64,000 nt of DNA from Paramoeba atlantica (Eukaryota > Protista > Discosea). The stretch spans positions 992,001 to 1,056,000 of the forward strand of contig CDRNVI010000030.1 of assembly GCA_977017575.1 (NCBI GenBank), read 5' to 3'. The notes beneath the pieces were generated by a model. It did no database searches, was not told the origin of the DNA, and saw only the letters and a program-made list of their open reading frames with translations. Position 1 is the first letter of the stretch. Each line of letters starts with the position of its first letter. Positions 59,861 to 64,000 of this stretch are shown here, in pieces. The position numbers and the translations under genes were made by a program.

Positions 59861-60307
59861 TGTTAGAGTACAGTAATGCCTTCGAGCAAAATTAACCTGT
59901 CTAAGAACACGTAATAACGAAAAGGAAGATCAAAAGGCATGAGCTTACACTGTACTTCTAGCGTACTTTTGTTGTATTCCCCACGACAGGGGATACATGA
60001 CTTTCACATGAGATAATGCTTTGTTGGGGACAGAAATCGACATACAGCTGACGATTTTAAGCAAGCAGTAGGGCCCCGTACTGATGGAATAGACAAAACA
60101 ACGCACACATAAAACTGAGCGCTTTTGTAATGAGTGCTGCAGTATCACAATTGGCAAATCGACCGGCCCGTCGGCAACCAATCACAGACCTGCGAGATTG
60201 TAGCACCACTATAACGTTAAAAAGCTTACATGCACGCCCGGATTACAGTGCATGTATTTTCGGTCTTATGCAGAAAACTGAATATGAGACTGAAACAAGC
60301 AGCGTTA

Positions 60308-60934
60308 CTAGCATTTCTTAGCAACCCGTAATAGATAACGTTGGCGATATTTCTCGATTTCACCTTCAGTCAATTCGGGAAATCTTAGGTTCTTATCTAC
60401 GACGTCAATATCATTTGACCTCACCACTTTTAAATTCGACTCGTCGTAATTGCTTGCCGATTGCAATACTTCGTGACGAATTTCATCCTCTGCTACACTT
60501 GAATCATCGGGCTTAGAAGAATTGCCAAGATCTTTGAGAATTCTTTGGTACGCATCGGTGGTGAAATTGGAGATTGGCCGATCCTGTGAATTTTTCGTCT
60601 GGGTATCTTCCATTATTTTCTCTCTACGAATACGCTCGACGAGTGAACTTTGCTTGGATTGTTTTTGGAGCAACGCGCGCTTGGATATCGCGTCAATAAT
60701 ACTGCTCCTCTGTGATCTAGTAGGGAGTTTCCTTTTTGTGTCATCGACAGATAAATCGTTTTGAAGATAGTTGCTAGGTTTGTCAACGCTTTCTAATACA
60801 TTTTCTTCCTTCGTTTGCGACTTCTCGTCCTTCGAAATACCCACGGGCACCTGTTTCGCAAGTGTAGCCAGATTAAGTACTTTTCGAACCGGCTCTTCTT
60901 GATGGGAGTACCCAACGTTAAAAAAATCTTCCAT
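60308..60934 (-). CDS. Hypothetical charged protein
   Basis: 208-codon ORF in cluster orientation. No domain recognised. Confidence 0.6.
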   Translation of the reverse strand: MEDFFNVGYSHQEEPVRKVLNLATLAKQVPVGISKDEKSQTKEENVLESVDKPSNYLQNDLSVDDTKRKLPTRSQRSSIIDAISKRALLQKQSKQSSLVERIRREKIMEDTQTKNSQDRPISNFTTDAYQRILKDLGNSSKPDDSSVAEDEIRHEVLQSASNYDESNLKVVRSNDIDVVDKNLRFPELTEGEIEKYRQRYLLRVAKKC

Positions 60935-61221
60935 ACTGGTGTTGACAAAACAGAATTGAAGGAGTTTAAGGACAATATCGCAAAAAGCTTTTATGCTAAA
61001 AGTAGCGAAAAAAAGTACAGTCTTACAGCTTTCAACTGTTGCATGTATTCCTTTCACGTTCTAGTACTCCATATCTTAGGGCTACTGTATTGATTGAACT
61101 CATTATAGTGATTGTACTGTTAAACAAACAATAAATACTGAGTTTATTCTAAATCTAGTGTCTAAGAAATATCTATCTAAAAAAGTACATTTGTAATAAA
61201 AATTACAACGTGCACTGGTCC

Positions 61222-63423
61222 TTAAGTAGTTTCTTTTTTCACACCGTAGCGCAAATCCGTCATCATGCGTGGCAATGCTTCTGTTCTAGCTAAGTCATCC
61301 AGCACAAATGGAAGAATCTGTTCATGCAAGGTGTAAAGCAGCTCACTGCGCAGAAGCTGGCGGAAGTACTCTAGCATGACCAAAGCAATGCGTGGTGCAG
61401 GCTTTTCTTTTGCAGGGCGTAAAGAAGCCTCTACCAAATATTCATGAGCTTCCACGAATACATCCGTCATATCTGGGCTCAGGTAATCCGAAGTATAGTG
61501 TCGTAAAAGATTCAGCATTATTTCATAAGGCGCCGTTGATTTTTTCCCCGATTGTAAGTGTTCCTGAAAAGCTTGGAAAAATGATTTCCACAGCTCCTCA
61601 CCACACTCCTGATGTACGAGTATCAAAGTTACAATATCTCGTCTCATCGCGAAAGCTCCAATAAGGTCTTGCTCGATCTTTTCAATGAGAAGCCCCCAAA
61701 CCGTAGCGGCATGGGGGCGAAGAATGGCTAGCACTAAACTACTCGTCTCGCTACATTGCAGCAGCTCATACAAGATATGAAATGCTTCCACGCGACATGA
61801 GGATAGTGTGCCACACTGCAGGAGTAGCCCGATCAAACGACTTTCCTCTAATTCCTCCAGAAGCCTCTGCCACGCGGAGAGGTCGTGGTCAACGCTTTCC
61901 ATCAGCAGCGTGAGCACATTGCGAAGAAATTTTAGCATATCGTGCAGCGGGAGAAGAGGCTCCGCCCCGTCGGGGACCATGCCGAGTAGACGATAGCACG
62001 CCGTCACGGTGCGACTCAACACGTTCTCCGCTATGAGTAACTCCGCCAGCTTGTTCTTCTGCGAGATAAGAAACTCCTTCAGCCCACCATACTCATAGTT
62101 GGAGCTCTCATCATGACTCTTAAGCAGAACACACTCATACAGGTACGTAATATTCAAAACATGATGCACCTCTCTCTCCGTACTCGCGCTCAGCTTAATC
62201 CCAAACCTCGTTTTCCTTGCCCAGCACCGCTCCACATGCGGCACAAACCCCTGCGGCGTCCCCCCCTCCAGCAACTCCAGAAACGACCAAAACTGAGTCC
62301 GCAATAGGGTCCCATACACCCGTCTCGTACGACTCTGCATCAGGTAATCCGCGGCCTGGTACCCCAACCGGCACCCCTCCGCGACGCCTTTCACCCTACA
62401 GAACCGCCCGTACTCAAACAGCCTTCGGTAGAGCTCCGCGTTCAGCTTTACGTTATCCTCGGTGAAGTGGGTCTCGTGGGACTGACTCCGGCGGGGAGTG
62501 GGGGTTCCCTCCTCGGCGGTGGTCACCTGCCGGGGGTAGGCCTCCAGGTGTTGCTTGATGTCACTCCCACGGAGGGTGTCGAGGTAGGACACGAGTTGGT
62601 GGAGCCAGGGGAGTACCTTGGAGGGGTCAAGGGAGGGGGAGAAGGTGAGGGGGGTGGTGGTGGGCCGTGTGGAGGTGTCATGGGGGGGGAAGGGAGAGGG
62701 GGTGGTGGGGGTGGAGAAGAGAGTAGGGGTAGGGGGGGTGGGGGCGGTTTCAAAGGAGGAAGAGGAGGGGGAGGTGGGGACGATTTCGGGGGAGGGGGTG
62801 AGAGGGGAAGGGGAGGTGGAGGGTAGAGTTAAGGTGGTGAGGGGGTCGTGAAGTGGGATGTTGGCGGCGTCGATGTCGGGGAGAAGAGGAGGGCTGGCGG
62901 CGTCCTCTTCGTGGGGGACGGGTTTACGGTGGGTAGATCGTAGGGTCGGAGATGTGGTACTTTTTGCAGGGGAAAGGGTTTTCTTGGTGTCTCTTTTGGG
63001 AGATGCTTTCTGTTTTTTCTCCTTTCCGTGGGTCATTGATTTGGGCTCCAGTTTCGGAAATTCAGCAGAAAAACACAGAGGGTCAGTATTGGGGTGTGTA
63101 CTTTTTGTTGTGGATATTGAGGAAACACTGGTGGACTTTCTCTCAGGTTCAGGAGTAGCCGCTTTTATCGCCAGAATCGCGTCACCCAAAGATTTTCTGC
63201 GACCACGAGTTCCTCGTACATCATTCCTTGCTTTGGATTTTTGAGCTGACTGTGACACACGCAAAGACTCAAAAAAGGGAGTCTCGGGTGTTCTTTCCTC
63301 GGGAACATTTAAGAGGGGTTGGTTTGGAGAGTCGCTCGCAACTGTTCTGCGTCGCCTATTCGGGGTTTTGAGAGATTCTGGAGATTCTAATTTATTCGTA
63401 TGCGATACAGAGGCCGTAACCAT
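61222..63423 (-). CDS. Hypothetical protein, Ser/Pro-rich N-terminus plus helical-repeat C-terminus, possibly PP4R3/SMEK-like
   Basis: LELLE..TPQG..PHVE...REVHHVLNITYLYECVL loosely resembles the SMK-1 domain. Confidence 0.5.
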   Translation of the reverse strand: MVTASVSHTNKLESPESLKTPNRRRRTVASDSPNQPLLNVPEERTPETPFFESLRVSQSAQKSKARNDVRGTRGRRKSLGDAILAIKAATPEPERKSTSVSSISTTKSTHPNTDPLCFSAEFPKLEPKSMTHGKEKKQKASPKRDTKKTLSPAKSTTSPTLRSTHRKPVPHEEDAASPPLLPDIDAANIPLHDPLTTLTLPSTSPSPLTPSPEIVPTSPSSSSFETAPTPPTPTLFSTPTTPSPFPPHDTSTRPTTTPLTFSPSLDPSKVLPWLHQLVSYLDTLRGSDIKQHLEAYPRQVTTAEEGTPTPRRSQSHETHFTEDNVKLNAELYRRLFEYGRFCRVKGVAEGCRLGYQAADYLMQSRTRRVYGTLLRTQFWSFLELLEGGTPQGFVPHVERCWARKTRFGIKLSASTEREVHHVLNITYLYECVLLKSHDESSNYEYGGLKEFLISQKNKLAELLIAENVLSRTVTACYRLLGMVPDGAEPLLPLHDMLKFLRNVLTLLMESVDHDLSAWQRLLEELEESRLIGLLLQCGTLSSCRVEAFHILYELLQCSETSSLVLAILRPHAATVWGLLIEKIEQDLIGAFAMRRDIVTLILVHQECGEELWKSFFQAFQEHLQSGKKSTAPYEIMLNLLRHYTSDYLSPDMTDVFVEAHEYLVEASLRPAKEKPAPRIALVMLEYFRQLLRSELLYTLHEQILPFVLDDLARTEALPRMMTDLRYGVKKETT

Positions 63424-63640
63424 TATGAGCACCTTTTCGATTACAGCTGAGTAGTCATGATAGTAACATTCGTTGAAAAATACTAGTATATTTGGAATAA
63501 AAAGAAGGAATGTATTTGGAAGAGTAGGCGTTATTTAGATCATTGTAAATATCCAATGTACGAATAATACCGAGGATACGAAAATGTAACGTTCAACGTG
63601 ACAAAGCATAAACAAATAGCTTAATAACAAACTGAATTCT

Positions 63641-64000
63641 CTATAGCTTTGATATAGCTATATTCGAGTCTTGTGAAGATGAATCAATCATTTGCGAGTC
63701 AACATCCAGGTCACCATCCTCAGGAACGGTATCGAAGAAGTTTTGTACTGCGGTATCGCTCACGTCTGCCAAAGCAGAGGGAACCCAACGGGGATCTTTG
63801 GTTTTTTCCCGCAACTGAGCGCGCACGCCCTCATCAAAATCCGGTGAACGACATAAAAATCCTTGGCTAAGACGATATTCCAAACGGAAGTTTTCTTGTG
63901 GTGTAGGTAGACTCTGTACACGTCGAAACATTTCCCAGGTTACTTTCACTGAGAGTGGAGCATTACGAAGTAGTGATTGAAGTATCGCATCCACAAATTC
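63641..64000 (-). CDS. HIBCH: 3-hydroxyisobutyryl-CoA hydrolase C-terminal part (runs off the window)
   Basis: APLSVKVT...LEYRLS...DFDEGVRA.L.EK..DPRW.P..LADVS...V..FF. Confidence 0.85.
   Translation of the reverse strand, partial: EFVDAILQSLLRNAPLSVKVTWEMFRRVQSLPTPQENFRLEYRLSQGFLCRSPDFDEGVRAQLREKTKDPRWVPSALADVSDTAVQNFFDTVPEDGDLDVDSQMIDSSSQDSNIAISKL

Noticed and set aside
62467-63244. Gly-rich plus-strand ORFs opposite the 61222 gene (similar ones at 23737-24447)
   Set aside because: Artefacts of G and C homopolymer runs.
1-64000. CRISPR arrays, tRNA, rRNA, telomeric repeats and cis-spliced introns
   Set aside because: None seen. There are no spaced direct repeats, cloverleafs or TTAGGG arrays, and the recognised host ORFs are uninterrupted.

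Overview
Intron-free, gene-dense eukaryotic DNA. All ~32 host genes lie on the minus strand as one directional cluster, with polypyrimidine+AG trans-splice acceptors ahead of some ATGs. Kinetoplastid markers are present: an REH2-type RNA-editing helicase, an ATPEG3-like ATP synthase subunit and a long kinetoplastid-type uL3m. A kinetoplastid is therefore well supported; a Perkinsela-like lineage is my inference from the Merlin elements, the dispersed LRR family and the compactness. Housekeeping genes include cytochrome b5 reductase, GSH1, RRP4, HemK, an MFS sugar transporter, Y14, a DHS-like protein, TMA16, Ulp1, MER3, VPS72, an ARP4-like protein and HIBCH (partial). Intergenic pockets hold DNA transposons with mappable ends: (i) an internally deleted hAT-like element with a 6-bp TSD and an empty homologous site elsewhere in the window; (ii) a Tc1 element carrying an intact Merlin (8-bp TSD) and a 327-bp MITE (6-bp TSD); (iii) a second Merlin-Tc1 copy cut exactly at the Merlin end. 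The most unusual signal is a recurrent class of ~0.6-1.1 kb intragenic GC-rich islands. In each, the plus strand flips from C/A-rich to G/T-rich at a central point, which even flips synonymous codon choice inside conserved genes. This has the polarity of a bidirectional origin or hotspot mutational footprint. Two hairpin-dense cassettes share a CTCC-RYAA-GGRG stem-loop. No tRNA, rRNA or CRISPR array was seen. Protein names are from motif recognition by eye, not database searches. CDS starts were moved to the first in-frame ATG where the ORF track began at TTG/GTG.
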